This document shows, one piece after another, positions 18,079-27,376 of a DNA stretch of 64,000 bases (its first letter is position 1; each line of letters opens with the position of its first letter). This DNA is from Gammaproteobacteria bacterium. GTDB taxonomy: Bacteria; Pseudomonadota; Gammaproteobacteria; Natronospirales; JANNEA01. A program made the translations under genes and the position numbers. The stretch covers positions 9,076 through 73,075 of the forward strand of contig JANNEA010000177.1 of the NCBI GenBank assembly GCA_031388175.1, read 5' to 3'. A model generated the notes under the pieces. It was not told where the DNA came from. It saw only the letters and a list, made by a program, of their open reading frames with translations, and did no database searches.

Positions 18079-19740
18079 ATGCGCTCCGCATCGTCCGCAC
18101 TCGGTCTCTCCGTCGTCGCCCTGCTCGCGGCCTGCAGCCAGGAGCCGGCGCCGGCACCCACGGTCGCGGCCCGCGACCCGCTCGCGATCCATGCCGGCGC
18201 ACGGCTGGCGAGCTATGCCAAGGTCAAGCTCACCACCGACCTCAGCACCCTCAGCGATGCCGAACGCAAGATGCTGGTGCATCTGATCCGCGCGAGCGAG
18301 GTGATGGACGACCTGTTCTGGCGCGTGGCCTACGGCGACAAGCGCACGCTGCTCGATGGCTTGAGCGATCCCCGACAGCGCGCGTTCGCCGAGCTCAACT
18401 ACGGCCCTTGGGACCGTCTCGATGGTGACGCATCGTTCGTCACCGGCATCGGCCCGAAGCCCGACGGCGCGCAGTTCTATCCCGCCGACATGACCAAGGC
18501 GGAGTTCGAGGCTGCGGCGCTGCCGGGTAAGGAAGGCCAGTACTCGCTGATCCGCCGCGACGCTGCAGGCAAGCTCATCGTCGTGCCCTACCACGAGGCG
18601 TTCAAGCCCGAGCTCGAGTCGGCAGCCGCGCATCTGCGCGAGGCTGCGGCGCTCGCCGGCGACGCTTCGCTGAAGCGCTACCTCGAACTGCGTGCCGTCG
18701 CCCTGTTGTCGGGTGAGTACCGCGAGAGCGACCGCGCCTGGCTCGACATGAAATCGAACCACATCGACGTCGTGATCGGACCGATCGAGAACTACGAGGA
18801 CAAGCTGTTCGGGTACCGCTCGGCGTTCGAAGCCTATGTGCTGGTGAAGGACATGGCCTGGAGCGAGCGCCTCGCCCAGTTCGCCAAGTTCCTGCCCGAG
18901 CTGCAGCGCGGCCTGCCGGTGCCCGAGAAGTACCGGCGCGAGATGCCCGGCACCGATTCCGACCTGAACGCCTACGATGTCGTCTACTACGCCGGCGACA
19001 GCAATTCGGGCAGCAAGACCATCGCCATCAACCTGCCGAACGATGAGCTGGTCACCAAGGAGAAGGGCAGCCGTCGCTTGCAGCTCAAGAACGCGATGCG
19101 CGCGAAGTTCGACGCGATCCTGGTGCCGATCGCCGACGAACTGATCGACCCGAGCCAGCGCGCGCACGTGAAGTTCGACGCGTTCTTCGCCAACGTCATG
19201 TTCCACGAGGTCGCGCACGGCCTGGGTGTGAAGAGCGTGGTCGGCAGCAAAGTGATGGTCCGCGATGCGCTGAAGGAATCTTACGGCGCGCTCGAGGAAG
19301 GCAAGGCCGACATCCTCGGGCTGTACATGATCAGCCGCCTGAAGCAGAAGGGCGAGCTCGCCGACACCGAGCTGCTCGACCACTATGTGACCTTCCTCGC
19401 CGGCTTCTTCCGCTCGGTGCGCTTCGGCGCCTCGAGCGCGCACGGTCGCGCCAACATGATCCAGTTCAACCGCTTCGCCCGCGCTGGTGCGTTTCTGCGC
19501 GACCCGGCCAGCGGCCACTACACGGTGGACGTCGAGAAGTTCGGCAAGGCAGCGGAAGCACTCGCAGCGTCGCTGCTCACCACCCAGGGCGACGGCGACT
19601 ACGCCGGCGCGAAGCGGATGCTGGCGGAGGAAGCGGTGATCCCGGCCGACCTGCAGGCCGACCTCGACCGCCTGGGGCGCAAGGGCGTGCCCGTGGACAT
19701 CGTCCTCGAACAAGGCACCAAGGCGCTCGGCCTAGAGTGA
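18079..19740 (+). CDS. Lipoprotein zinc peptidase, M49 (DPP III-like) family
   Basis: Lipobox VVALLAAC. Zinc motifs FHEVAHGLG (HExxH) and LEEGKADILG (EExxAD), which I recall from the bacterial/plant DPP3-like branch. Confidence 0.65.
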   Translation: MRSASSALGLSVVALLAACSQEPAPAPTVAARDPLAIHAGARLASYAKVKLTTDLSTLSDAERKMLVHLIRASEVMDDLFWRVAYGDKRTLLDGLSDPRQRAFAELNYGPWDRLDGDASFVTGIGPKPDGAQFYPADMTKAEFEAAALPGKEGQYSLIRRDAAGKLIVVPYHEAFKPELESAAAHLREAAALAGDASLKRYLELRAVALLSGEYRESDRAWLDMKSNHIDVVIGPIENYEDKLFGYRSAFEAYVLVKDMAWSERLAQFAKFLPELQRGLPVPEKYRREMPGTDSDLNAYDVVYYAGDSNSGSKTIAINLPNDELVTKEKGSRRLQLKNAMRAKFDAILVPIADELIDPSQRAHVKFDAFFANVMFHEVAHGLGVKSVVGSKVMVRDALKESYGALEEGKADILGLYMISRLKQKGELADTELLDHYVTFLAGFFRSVRFGASSAHGRANMIQFNRFARAGAFLRDPASGHYTVDVEKFGKAAEALAASLLTTQGDGDYAGAKRMLAEEAVIPADLQADLDRLGRKGVPVDIVLEQGTKALGLE

Positions 19741-20625
19741 GCCGAGCGGCTCGACGCGACCGCTGAGGTGCAGGCGCCGGTCGTTGGCGCCATCGCGCAG
19801 CTCGAAGCTGAGCGCGCCACCCTCGGCGCGATGGATCAGGCGTACCTGCGCCGGCAGAAGCACCGGCTGCTTGAACTCGATCGCCATCCGGCTCGCGCCC
19901 TCCGGCCATGAGGGCGAGAGCTCGGCGGCGACGCGCGCCAAGGTCCACATGCCGTGGGCGATCGCCGCTTTGAAGCCGAACGGCCGCGCGGTCAGCGCGC
20001 TGAGGTGGATCGGGTTGTAGTCGCCCGAAACGCGCGCGTAATCGCGACCGATGCTGCCGATCGCGGCGAAGGTCGAGGCCACGCCGACCAGTGCTGGTGC
20101 GCTCTTGCTGCGCGGCACCGCCTCGCGCGTGCTGCGCGCGCTGCGCTCGGCGCGCGCCAGGAAGGTGCAGCATTCCTCCCACACCAGCGCGCCACCGGCG
20201 CGCGCGTAGGTCCACAGCTCGAACTCCTGTCCGCGCGAGGTCTCGCGGTGTCCTTCGAGCATGCAGCGCAACTCGAGCGGCTCGTCGGCACGGATCCAGC
20301 GGTGCTGGGTGATGGCATTGCGCAGGTGCACGAGACCGAACACCGCGATCGGGAAGCGCGGGTGCGTGAGCATCTCGAGGTGCAGCGGCGTGGCCAGCAC
20401 GTGCGGCAGCGGCAACGGCAGATGACGCGCATCGCGGAAACCGCAGATCTCACGATAGGTGGCGAGCTGGTCGCGCTCGGCGACGTAGGCCGACAGCCTG
20501 GCCTCGATCCGCGGCACGCTGCGGCCTGCGGCCACCAGCGTCGGCTTGCGCTGCAGCAGCACGCGCGGATAGCTTCGGGCCAGCTGCGGCATCTCGTCGA
20601 ACACCAGTTGCACCGGGCCAGCCAT
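19732..20625 (-). CDS. MaoC-like double hotdog (R)-hydratase/dehydratase family protein
   Basis: C-terminal MaoC signature (YARVSGDYNPIHLSALTARPFGFKAAIAHGMW) preceded by a second degenerate hotdog half. Lies 3 nt after the upstream lipoprotein gene. Confidence 0.75.
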   Translation of the reverse strand: MAGPVQLVFDEMPQLARSYPRVLLQRKPTLVAAGRSVPRIEARLSAYVAERDQLATYREICGFRDARHLPLPLPHVLATPLHLEMLTHPRFPIAVFGLVHLRNAITQHRWIRADEPLELRCMLEGHRETSRGQEFELWTYARAGGALVWEECCTFLARAERSARSTREAVPRSKSAPALVGVASTFAAIGSIGRDYARVSGDYNPIHLSALTARPFGFKAAIAHGMWTLARVAAELSPSWPEGASRMAIEFKQPVLLPAQVRLIHRAEGGALSFELRDGANDRRLHLSGRVEPLGSL

Positions 20626-20628
20626 GCG

Positions 20629-21489
20629 TCAGCCCGCGCCCTTCGCCCGACCCGCAGCGTGCAGATCCGCGAGGTCCTCGATCAGGTCGTCGAAGCGCGC
20701 CACCACGCGGCTGCGCTGCTTCGGCGTCAGGCTCGCCACCAGGCCGGCGAGCACGTCGGCGGTGATTCGGCGGTTGTCCTCAAGCTGCCGCGCAAGGGCG
20801 GGATCGAAGTGGCGATCGCCGAGCCACCACTCCTCGGCGAAGGCGACGTAGGCCTCGCGGCCGGCACGCGCGCGCAACAGTGCCAACAAACCTTGCTGGC
20901 GGTGCTCGCGGTATTCCAGCCAGGTGCGCGCACCGTCAGGGATACGCGCGGCGAGCTCGCGCAATCGGGTGCGCTGCGGCTCATCGAGTCGGCCGCTCCA
21001 GCGCTCGAACTCCTTGATCAGCTCCTGCTGGCGCTCCTTCAAGCGCTCGGCTGGCGTGCCCTCAAGCAACTCCTCGAGCTCTTCGGCGTTGGATTCGGCG
21101 CGCTGCTCGGCCAGATGCTCGACCTGCGCCGGTGACAGTTCGGCCAGCGTGTCGGCCATCAGCGGCAGGGAGCGCCGGACGCCGAGCTCGATGAGCTCGC
21201 GCGAGCGTTCGAACAGTTGCTCGAGTTCCGCGGCTGACGGCGCCCCGCCGACCACGGCGCGCGCCTCCTCGAGGAACGCGACGTAGCGCGGCAGCTCGTC
21301 CTGCCGATGCAACGCCATGCGCTCGCGGAAGCGCTCGCGGAAGCGCTTGCCCTGGGCGCGGTCGAGGTCGAACCAGTCGTCGATGTAGGCCAGTGCCAGA
21401 CGATCGGCGTTGTCATAGACGACGCTGAACACGCTGCAACCGGTGAGGAGCAGTGTGGCGAGCAGCGCGAGCGGCGGCAGCCGCCGCAT
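20629..21489 (-). CDS. Lipoprotein of unknown function (DUF6279-like from memory)
   Basis: Lipobox LLLTGC. Helical, Arg/Glu-rich body (DNADRLALAYIDDWFDLDRAQ...). The ATG at 21489 overlaps the ccmI stop by 1 nt (TGATG). Confidence 0.55.
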   Translation of the reverse strand: MRRLPPLALLATLLLTGCSVFSVVYDNADRLALAYIDDWFDLDRAQGKRFRERFRERMALHRQDELPRYVAFLEEARAVVGGAPSAAELEQLFERSRELIELGVRRSLPLMADTLAELSPAQVEHLAEQRAESNAEELEELLEGTPAERLKERQQELIKEFERWSGRLDEPQRTRLRELAARIPDGARTWLEYREHRQQGLLALLRARAGREAYVAFAEEWWLGDRHFDPALARQLEDNRRITADVLAGLVASLTPKQRSRVVARFDDLIEDLADLHAAGRAKGAG

Positions 21490-22463
21490 CAGGGCACTAC
21501 GCTGCCGAGCACGAGCCTGACGGTGTTGCCTTCGGCGACGGTGGCGACGCCTTCGATGTCGCCACTGCCGCGACCTGCTGTTCCGAGCTTGGACAATCGC
21601 GCACCGACAGTGAAGCCGGCGCGGATCGCGACCATGTCGCCAAGGCGGTCAGCCGCCGTGAACGCGACGCGCAGCGGGAAGCGTGGGCGCATCACGCGCT
21701 TGACCAGCACCGGCGCCGCGACCCCGGGGGCGCGCACGAACACGAACAATGGCGCATCCGGCGCGGCGCGCGTGGCCATCTCCGGCGCGAGCGCGACCTC
21801 GACCTCGAGCAGCGTGGCACCGGCGGCGCTCGCCTCGGTGACCGGTGGGCTCACCCCGAGCCGATCGCGGATCGCGACGCGCAGCGGTTCGGGGATGTCC
21901 TGCTGCAACAGCCGGTTCCAGAGCACGACGGCGCGCGGGCGGTCGCCGCTATCGTTGGCCGCGTGGCCGCCGTACCAGAGCGCCTTCTGGTCATCAGGTT
22001 TTAGCTCGAGTGCGCGCTCGAACAGCGGCGCCATCGCCGCGAGCTGCGACGGATCCTCCAGCACGCGGGCCTCGGCGTACCCGACCAGTGCGCCGACGTC
22101 GGTGTCGCCGCTCAGGCTGCGCGCGCGGGCGAAGGCCGCAGCGGCGTCTGCGTAGCGCCCCTGCATGCCGCGCACACCGCCGAGCATGCGCCAACCGGCC
22201 GCGTCCTCGGGCTGCTGCGCGAGGCGATCGCCGAGCTGCGTCGCGAACACCTCGGTCGGATCGTCGCTCGCACGCGCCGTGACGAGGGCATCGGGGCGGC
22301 CGATCGCGTAGTAGATGCCGCCGGTGATCAGGAGCAACGCGATGGCCACGACCACACCGCGGCGCGCGCGCGGGTCGCCGCGCAGCGGCGCGAGGATGGC
22401 CCAGGCGACCGTGCCGAGCAGCAGCGCGCCGAGCAGTGCCAAGCCGAGCATCTCCGCGGTCAT
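21489..22463 (-). CDS. ccmI: Cytochrome c-type biogenesis protein CcmI (TPR)
   Basis: N-terminal TM helices, then TPR-like repeats. Last gene of the ccm string. Start ATG 22463 (MTAEMLGLALL) forms an ATGA overlap with the ccmH stop. The track ORF extends to 22559. Confidence 0.75.
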   Translation of the reverse strand: MTAEMLGLALLGALLLGTVAWAILAPLRGDPRARRGVVVAIALLLITGGIYYAIGRPDALVTARASDDPTEVFATQLGDRLAQQPEDAAGWRMLGGVRGMQGRYADAAAAFARARSLSGDTDVGALVGYAEARVLEDPSQLAAMAPLFERALELKPDDQKALWYGGHAANDSGDRPRAVVLWNRLLQQDIPEPLRVAIRDRLGVSPPVTEASAAGATLLEVEVALAPEMATRAAPDAPLFVFVRAPGVAAPVLVKRVMRPRFPLRVAFTAADRLGDMVAIRAGFTVGARLSKLGTAGRGSGDIEGVATVAEGNTVRLVLGSVVP

Positions 22464-22885
22464 CGTTGGTCGCCTCCGGCATCGGTCACGGCGCGCCCGC
22501 GCACCACGCGCCACCACACGGCGAGCGCGAGGCCGAGCAGAAGGAAGGGGCCGGCCCACAGCAGCAGCGTCGTCGCATCGAGCGGCGGCCGATACAGCAC
22601 GTAGTCGCCGTAGCGCGCGGTCATGAACTCGATGATCTCGTCATCGCTGGCGCCGCGCTCGAGCTGCTCGCGCACCTCGCGCCGCAGGTCGGAGGCCAGG
22701 GTCGCGTGCGAGTCGGCGATGGTCTGGTTCTGGCACACCAGGCAGCGCAACTCGCGGGTCAGCGCCTCGTAGCGCGCGGCGAGCACCGGATCCGCGAACT
22801 CGGGCGGCGGTTCTTCACCGCGCACGATGCCCGCGACGGCCAGCGTCAGCGCCGCCGCGATGAGGACGGCACGCCACGCGCTCAT
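22460..22885 (-). CDS. ccmH: Cytochrome c-type biogenesis protein CcmH
   Basis: LRCLVCQNQ (LRCxxC) motif, signal/TM at the N-terminus and a C-terminal TM. Start ATG 22885 overlaps the ccmG stop. The track ORF extension to 23203 is out of context. Confidence 0.85.
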   Translation of the reverse strand: MSAWRAVLIAAALTLAVAGIVRGEEPPPEFADPVLAARYEALTRELRCLVCQNQTIADSHATLASDLRREVREQLERGASDDEIIEFMTARYGDYVLYRPPLDATTLLLWAGPFLLLGLALAVWWRVVRGRAVTDAGGDQR

Positions 22886-23418
22886 CGCACCGACTCCTTC
22901 TGTAGTGCGGCCAACAGCGGCACGATCCGCGTCGCCACGACCTCCGCGGTCAGCGGGCCGACGTGCTTGTCGCGCACCATGCCGTTGCGGTCGACGACGA
23001 AGGTCTCCGGCGCACCGTAGACGCCCCAATCGATCGCGACCCTGCCGTCGGCATCGAACGCGACCATGGCGTAGGGATCGCCGAGCTGGCGCAGCCAATC
23101 GCGCGCCGCCGCCGCATCGTCCTTCCAGTCGATGCCGACGATGCGCACGCCATCGCGGGCCAGGCCGAGCAGCACCGCGTGCTCCTGGCGGCAGCCGCCG
23201 CACCAGGTGCCCCAGACGTTGACCAGCGTGACCTCGCCCCGCAGGTCAGCGCTGGTGATGCGCTGCGTGGGATCGGCGAGCGTGGGCAGGTCGAATTGCG
23301 GTGCCGGTCGGCCGATCAACGGCGACGGCACGAACGTCGGATCGCGACCGAGACCGCTCCACAACGCCGCTGCCAACAGCAGCAGCGCCAGCAAGGGCGC
23401 CAGCGCAGACCATTTCAT
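22882..23418 (-). CDS. ccmG: Thiol:disulfide oxidoreductase CcmG/DsbE
   Basis: Thioredoxin fold with WGTWCGGCRQEH (CxxC). N-terminal anchor [23 protein letters not shown] overlap with ccmF. Confidence 0.9.
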   Translation of the reverse strand: MKWSALAPLLALLLLAAALWSGLGRDPTFVPSPLIGRPAPQFDLPTLADPTQRITSADLRGEVTLVNVWGTWCGGCRQEHAVLLGLARDGVRIVGIDWKDDAAAARDWLRQLGDPYAMVAFDADGRVAIDWGVYGAPETFVVDRNGMVRDKHVGPLTAEVVATRIVPLLAALQKESVR

Positions 23419-25328
23419 GCGGCAGCGCCTTCGCGACGCCGACCCGCGAGCGCGAGCAGGCCGCCGAGCGCCATCAGCAGCGCACCAAACCAGATCCAAC
23501 GCACCGCGGGCTTGACCTGCACCCGCGCCGACCAGACTCCCTCGCCCACCTGCTCCCCGAGCGCGACGTAGAGGTCGTGGCTGAACGCCACATCGATGCC
23601 GGCCTCAGTCATCGGCATGCCGCCGGCGCGGTACACGCGCTTCTCGGGATGCAGCACGAGCGTGCTGCCGTCCGGACGCGCAATCGTGATCGTGGCGCGC
23701 ACGGCGTCGAAGTTGGGGCCGGCGCGCGGCTCGAGCGCGTCGAGCGTGATGCTGTGGCTGGCGACCTCGACACGGGCGCCAACGCTGAGCGCGACGTCGC
23801 GCTCGAGGCCGAGGCTGGACACCAGCGCGATACCGAGCGCGGTGACACCGACGCCGAGATGGGCGCAGGCCATGCCGGCAACCGCGAGCGGCACGCGCCG
23901 CGTCTCGCGCCAGAAGCGCAGCGGTTCGAGGCCCGCGCTGGCGACCGTCCAGGCGCCGAGCACCACGGCGACGAGCGCGACCGGCGCGCGCGGCCCGGCG
24001 AAGCCGACCAGCAGCGCGACGACCAGCACCACGGCGCCGATCGCGCCGAGCTTGAGCCGCGGCAGCAGCTCTGCGGCCGAGTCCTGTTTCCAGCGCGTCA
24101 CCGCGCCGACGCCCACCGCCGCGAGCAGCGGCAGCATCAGCGGCACGAACACGGTGTTGAAGAACGGTGGACCGACCGAGATCCGGCCGAGCTCGAGCGC
24201 ATCGAGGAATAGCGGATAGAGTGTGCCGAGCAGCACGGCGAGCGCGGCCGTCACCAGCAACGCGTTGTTGAGCAACAGGAAGGTCTCACGCGACAACGGC
24301 GCGGAGCCGCTGCCAGTGGGCAGCTGTGGCGCACGCCAGGCGTAAAGCGTGAGCGCGCCGCCCGCGACCGCGACCAGGAAGGCGAGGATGAACACGCCGC
24401 GCATCGGATCGCTGGCGAAGGCATGCACCGAAACCAGCACGCCTGAGCGCACCAGGAAGGTGCCCATCAACGACAGCGTGAACGCCGCAATCGCCAGCAG
24501 CAGGGTCCAACCAAGGAAGGCGCCACGCTTCTCGGTGGCGATCAGCGAATGCAGCAGCGCGGTGCCCACCAGCCAGGGCATGAACGACGCGTTCTCGACC
24601 GGATCCCAGAACCACCAACCGCCCCAGCCGAGCTCGTAGTAGGCCCACCAGGAACCGAGCGCGATGCCGATGGTGAGGGCGATCCAGGCGACCGTCACCC
24701 AGGTGCGCAGCCAGCGCACCCACTCGCGCTCGACCCTTCCCTCAAGTAGGGCTGCAACAGCGAATGCAAACGGCAGCGCCATGCCGACGTAACCGATGTA
24801 GAGCATCGGCGGGTGCAGCGCCATCGCCGGGTCCTGCAGCAGCGGGTTCAGGTCGCGGCCCTCCGCCGCGGCCGGCAGCAGCCGCGCGAACGGGTTGGAG
24901 GTGAACAACATGAAGGCGATGAAGCCGACGCTGACCAGACCGAGCGCGCCCTGCATCCGGCTACGGAACGCGAGCGGCAGCACCGCACCACTCCAGACCG
25001 CGATGGCGATCCAGGCGCTCAGCCACAGCGCCCACAGCAGCAACGAGCCTTCGTGCGCGCCCCACACCGCCGCGACCTTGTACAGCGTCGGCAACGCGGT
25101 GTTGGAGTTGGTCGCGACGTACAGCACGCTGAAGTCGTCGCGAAGGAAGCAGGTCACCAGCAGGCCGAACGCGACGGCGGTGAGTGCGCCCTGGGCCAGC
25201 GCCGCGCGCAGCACCATCGCGCCGACCGTGGCGTGGCCGCGTGCGCGCGGGTGCAGTCCGAGTGCGGCTTGGAGCGCGGCTGCGAACAGCGCACCGATGA
25301 GTGCGATCTGGCCGAGCTCGGCGATCAT
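23415..25328 (-). CDS. ccmF: Cytochrome c heme lyase subunit CcmF
   Basis: 637-aa polytopic protein with the WWD motif (WGGWWFWDPVENASFMPW). Confidence 0.9.
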   Translation of the reverse strand: MIAELGQIALIGALFAAALQAALGLHPRARGHATVGAMVLRAALAQGALTAVAFGLLVTCFLRDDFSVLYVATNSNTALPTLYKVAAVWGAHEGSLLLWALWLSAWIAIAVWSGAVLPLAFRSRMQGALGLVSVGFIAFMLFTSNPFARLLPAAAEGRDLNPLLQDPAMALHPPMLYIGYVGMALPFAFAVAALLEGRVEREWVRWLRTWVTVAWIALTIGIALGSWWAYYELGWGGWWFWDPVENASFMPWLVGTALLHSLIATEKRGAFLGWTLLLAIAAFTLSLMGTFLVRSGVLVSVHAFASDPMRGVFILAFLVAVAGGALTLYAWRAPQLPTGSGSAPLSRETFLLLNNALLVTAALAVLLGTLYPLFLDALELGRISVGPPFFNTVFVPLMLPLLAAVGVGAVTRWKQDSAAELLPRLKLGAIGAVVLVVALLVGFAGPRAPVALVAVVLGAWTVASAGLEPLRFWRETRRVPLAVAGMACAHLGVGVTALGIALVSSLGLERDVALSVGARVEVASHSITLDALEPRAGPNFDAVRATITIARPDGSTLVLHPEKRVYRAGGMPMTEAGIDVAFSHDLYVALGEQVGEGVWSARVQVKPAVRWIWFGALLMALGGLLALAGRRREGAAA

Positions 25329-25801
25329 GGCGCGACGGCCTTCTGCGCGTCACGCGCCTTGGCCCGGGCCATGCCTTCCTCGTGCGCCTTCTTCAACGAA
25401 TCGGCGACGTCGGGCGGCATGTAGTTCTCGTCATGTTTCGCCAGCACCTCGTCGGCCGCGAACAGGCCGTCGGCCTCGAGCCTGCCGTGGGTGACGATGC
25501 CCTGCCCCTCGCGGAACAGGTCGGGGAGGATCCCGGTGTAGGTCACCGGCAGTTCGTGCTGCGTGTCGGTGAGGCGGAAGCGCACGGTGAGCGTGCCAGC
25601 CTCGCGCAGCACGCTGCCGGGGACCACGATGCCGCCGACGCGGAAGCGTTTGTCGGCGGGCGATTCGCCGCGGCTGACCTGGCTCGGACTATAGAAATAC
25701 AGCAGGTTCTCCTGGAACGCGCGCAGCGCAAGCGCGACGGCGAACCCTACGCCGACCAGCGCGGCAGCGACCAGCAACATGCGTTGGTGACGAGGCGTCA
25801 T
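25325..25801 (-). CDS. ccmE: Heme chaperone CcmE
   Basis: N-terminal anchor, OB-fold region and a heme-binding His in LAKHDENYMPP. Confidence 0.9.
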   Translation of the reverse strand: MTPRHQRMLLVAAALVGVGFAVALALRAFQENLLYFYSPSQVSRGESPADKRFRVGGIVVPGSVLREAGTLTVRFRLTDTQHELPVTYTGILPDLFREGQGIVTHGRLEADGLFAADEVLAKHDENYMPPDVADSLKKAHEEGMARAKARDAQKAVAP

Positions 25802-25962
25802 GGCGAGCGCGGCTCCGAGTTGTTGGCGTTCGCGCGGGAAGCACGCTCGCGGGCCCTACTGTAGGCCGCGCGGGCCGCCCACAGGTTGACCAGCGTCACG
25901 AACACGAACAGTCCGACTGCGCTCCAGACATAACCGCCGTAGACGCCGAAGGAAAGGTTCAT
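25798..25962 (-). CDS. ccmD: Heme exporter protein CcmD (54 aa; below the ORF-track size cutoff)
   Basis: Hand translation of the minus strand gives MNLSFGVYGGYVWSAVGLFVFVTLVNLWAARAAYSRARERASRANANNSEPRSP. This is a single TM plus a basic tail, as in CcmD. It has ATGA overlaps with both ccmC (25959-25962) and ccmE (25798-25801). Confidence 0.8.
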   Translation of the reverse strand: MNLSFGVYGGYVWSAVGLFVFVTLVNLWAARAAYSRARERASRANANNSEPRSP

Positions 25963-26705
25963 CGCAGCGCCTCCGCGACCCAGCTCTGGGACCGCTCCCG
26001 CTCAAGGATAATCGCCCGCGTGCGCAGCAGCGTGAGCGCCGCGAACAGCAGCGTCGCGCCGAGCCAGACCGCGAGCAGCGGCCAAAGCATGTCCCAGGAA
26101 ATCGAGGGCTTGCCGAACTTGGCGATGGTCGCCGGCTGGTGCAGCGTGCTCCACCAATCCACTGAGAACTTGATGATCGGCAGGTTGACCACGCCGACCA
26201 CCGCCAGCAGCGCGGCGGCGCGATCGCCCTTGCGTGGGTCGTCGAAGGCCTGGGCCAGTGCCATGTAGCCCAGGAACAGGAACAGCAGCACCAGCTCGGA
26301 GGTCAGCCGCGCATCCCACACCCACCAGGCGCCCCACATCGGCTTGCCCCAGATCGACCCGGTGACCAGGGCGAGGAAGGTGAACGAAGCGCCGATCGGC
26401 GCCGCCGCATGTGCGACCCAATGCGCGAGCTTGATGCGCCAGATGAGCCCAATCGCCGACGCCACCGCGAGCGCGGCATAGCCCGCCATCGACAGCCAGG
26501 CGCTCGGCACGTGCACGTAGATGATGCGGAACGCATCGCCCTGCTGGTAATCGGCAGGCGCGATGAACAAGCCCGCGTAGAGCCCGATGCCGAGCAGGAT
26601 CCAGGCCGGCCAGGCGAGCCAGGGTTCGATCGTCGCCGCGAAGCGATACAGGTGCGGCGGCGACGCCAACGAGTGGAACCAGAGCTTGAGGCCTTGCCAG
26701 GACAT
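25959..26705 (-). CDS. ccmC: Heme exporter protein CcmC
   Basis: WGKPMWGAWWVWDARLTSE tryptophan-rich motif. Start ATG 26705 (MSWQGLKLWF) gives 248 aa. The track ORF extension to 27074 overlaps ccmB. Confidence 0.9.
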   Translation of the reverse strand: MSWQGLKLWFHSLASPPHLYRFAATIEPWLAWPAWILLGIGLYAGLFIAPADYQQGDAFRIIYVHVPSAWLSMAGYAALAVASAIGLIWRIKLAHWVAHAAAPIGASFTFLALVTGSIWGKPMWGAWWVWDARLTSELVLLFLFLGYMALAQAFDDPRKGDRAAALLAVVGVVNLPIIKFSVDWWSTLHQPATIAKFGKPSISWDMLWPLLAVWLGATLLFAALTLLRTRAIILERERSQSWVAEALR

Positions 26706-26710
26706 CGAGG

Positions 26711-27376
26711 TCACTCCAGTGAGATGCGCAGCGCCGCGGCGATCGCAGCCGGTGCGAGCGAGAGTGCGAACACGGCCAACGCCGCAACCAGCAACAGCGG
26801 GCCGGTCGGGTCCTCGCCGTCGGCGGCGAGCGCGGCGGCGCGCGCGCCGAAGATCAGCAGTGGCACCGCGAGCGGCAACACCAGCAACGGCAGCAGCAGC
26901 GCGCTGCGGCGCGCGCCGACCGTGAGCGCGGCGCCGAGCGCGCCGAGCAGCGCGAGCGTCGGCGTGCCGAGTGCGAGGCCGAGCAGCAGCGTCGGCAGGC
27001 CGGCGTGCGGCAGTGCCAACAGCTCGGCGCACAGCGGCGCGACCAGCAACAGCGGCAGGCCGGTGAGCATCCAATGCGCCGTGACCTTGCCGAGCACCAG
27101 CAGCGCGAGCGGCGCTGGCGCGAGCACCAACTGCTCGAGCGTGCCGTCGTCGAAGTCCGCGGCGAACAGACGCTCGAGCCCGAGCAGCGAGGCGAGCAAT
27201 GCGCCGGTCCAGAGGATGCCGGGTGCGACCTTGGCCAGCAATACCGGCTCCGGCTCCAGGCCGAGCGGCACGATGGTGGTGACGATGATGAAGAACAGCG
27301 GCGGAGTCAGGACCTCGCCAGAACGGCGCGCGGCGACCCGCAGGTCACGGACGACGAGCGCAGCCGTAGCGCTCAT
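26711..27376 (-). CDS. ccmB: Heme exporter permease CcmB
   Basis: 221-aa polytopic protein (FFIIVTTIVPLGL...LFAADFDDGTLEQL). ATGA overlap with ccmA. Confidence 0.9.
   Translation of the reverse strand: MSATAALVVRDLRVAARRSGEVLTPPLFFIIVTTIVPLGLEPEPVLLAKVAPGILWTGALLASLLGLERLFAADFDDGTLEQLVLAPAPLALLVLGKVTAHWMLTGLPLLLVAPLCAELLALPHAGLPTLLLGLALGTPTLALLGALGAALTVGARRSALLLPLLVLPLAVPLLIFGARAAALAADGEDPTGPLLLVAALAVFALSLAPAAIAAALRISLE

Noticed and set aside
22460-27074. N-terminal extensions of track ORFs for ccmH (to 23203), ccmI (to 22559), ccmG (to 23499) and ccmC (to 27074).
   Set aside because: The extensions overlap the upstream ccm genes and are Arg-rich nonsense. Internal ATGs give canonical protein lengths and ATGA stop/start overlaps.
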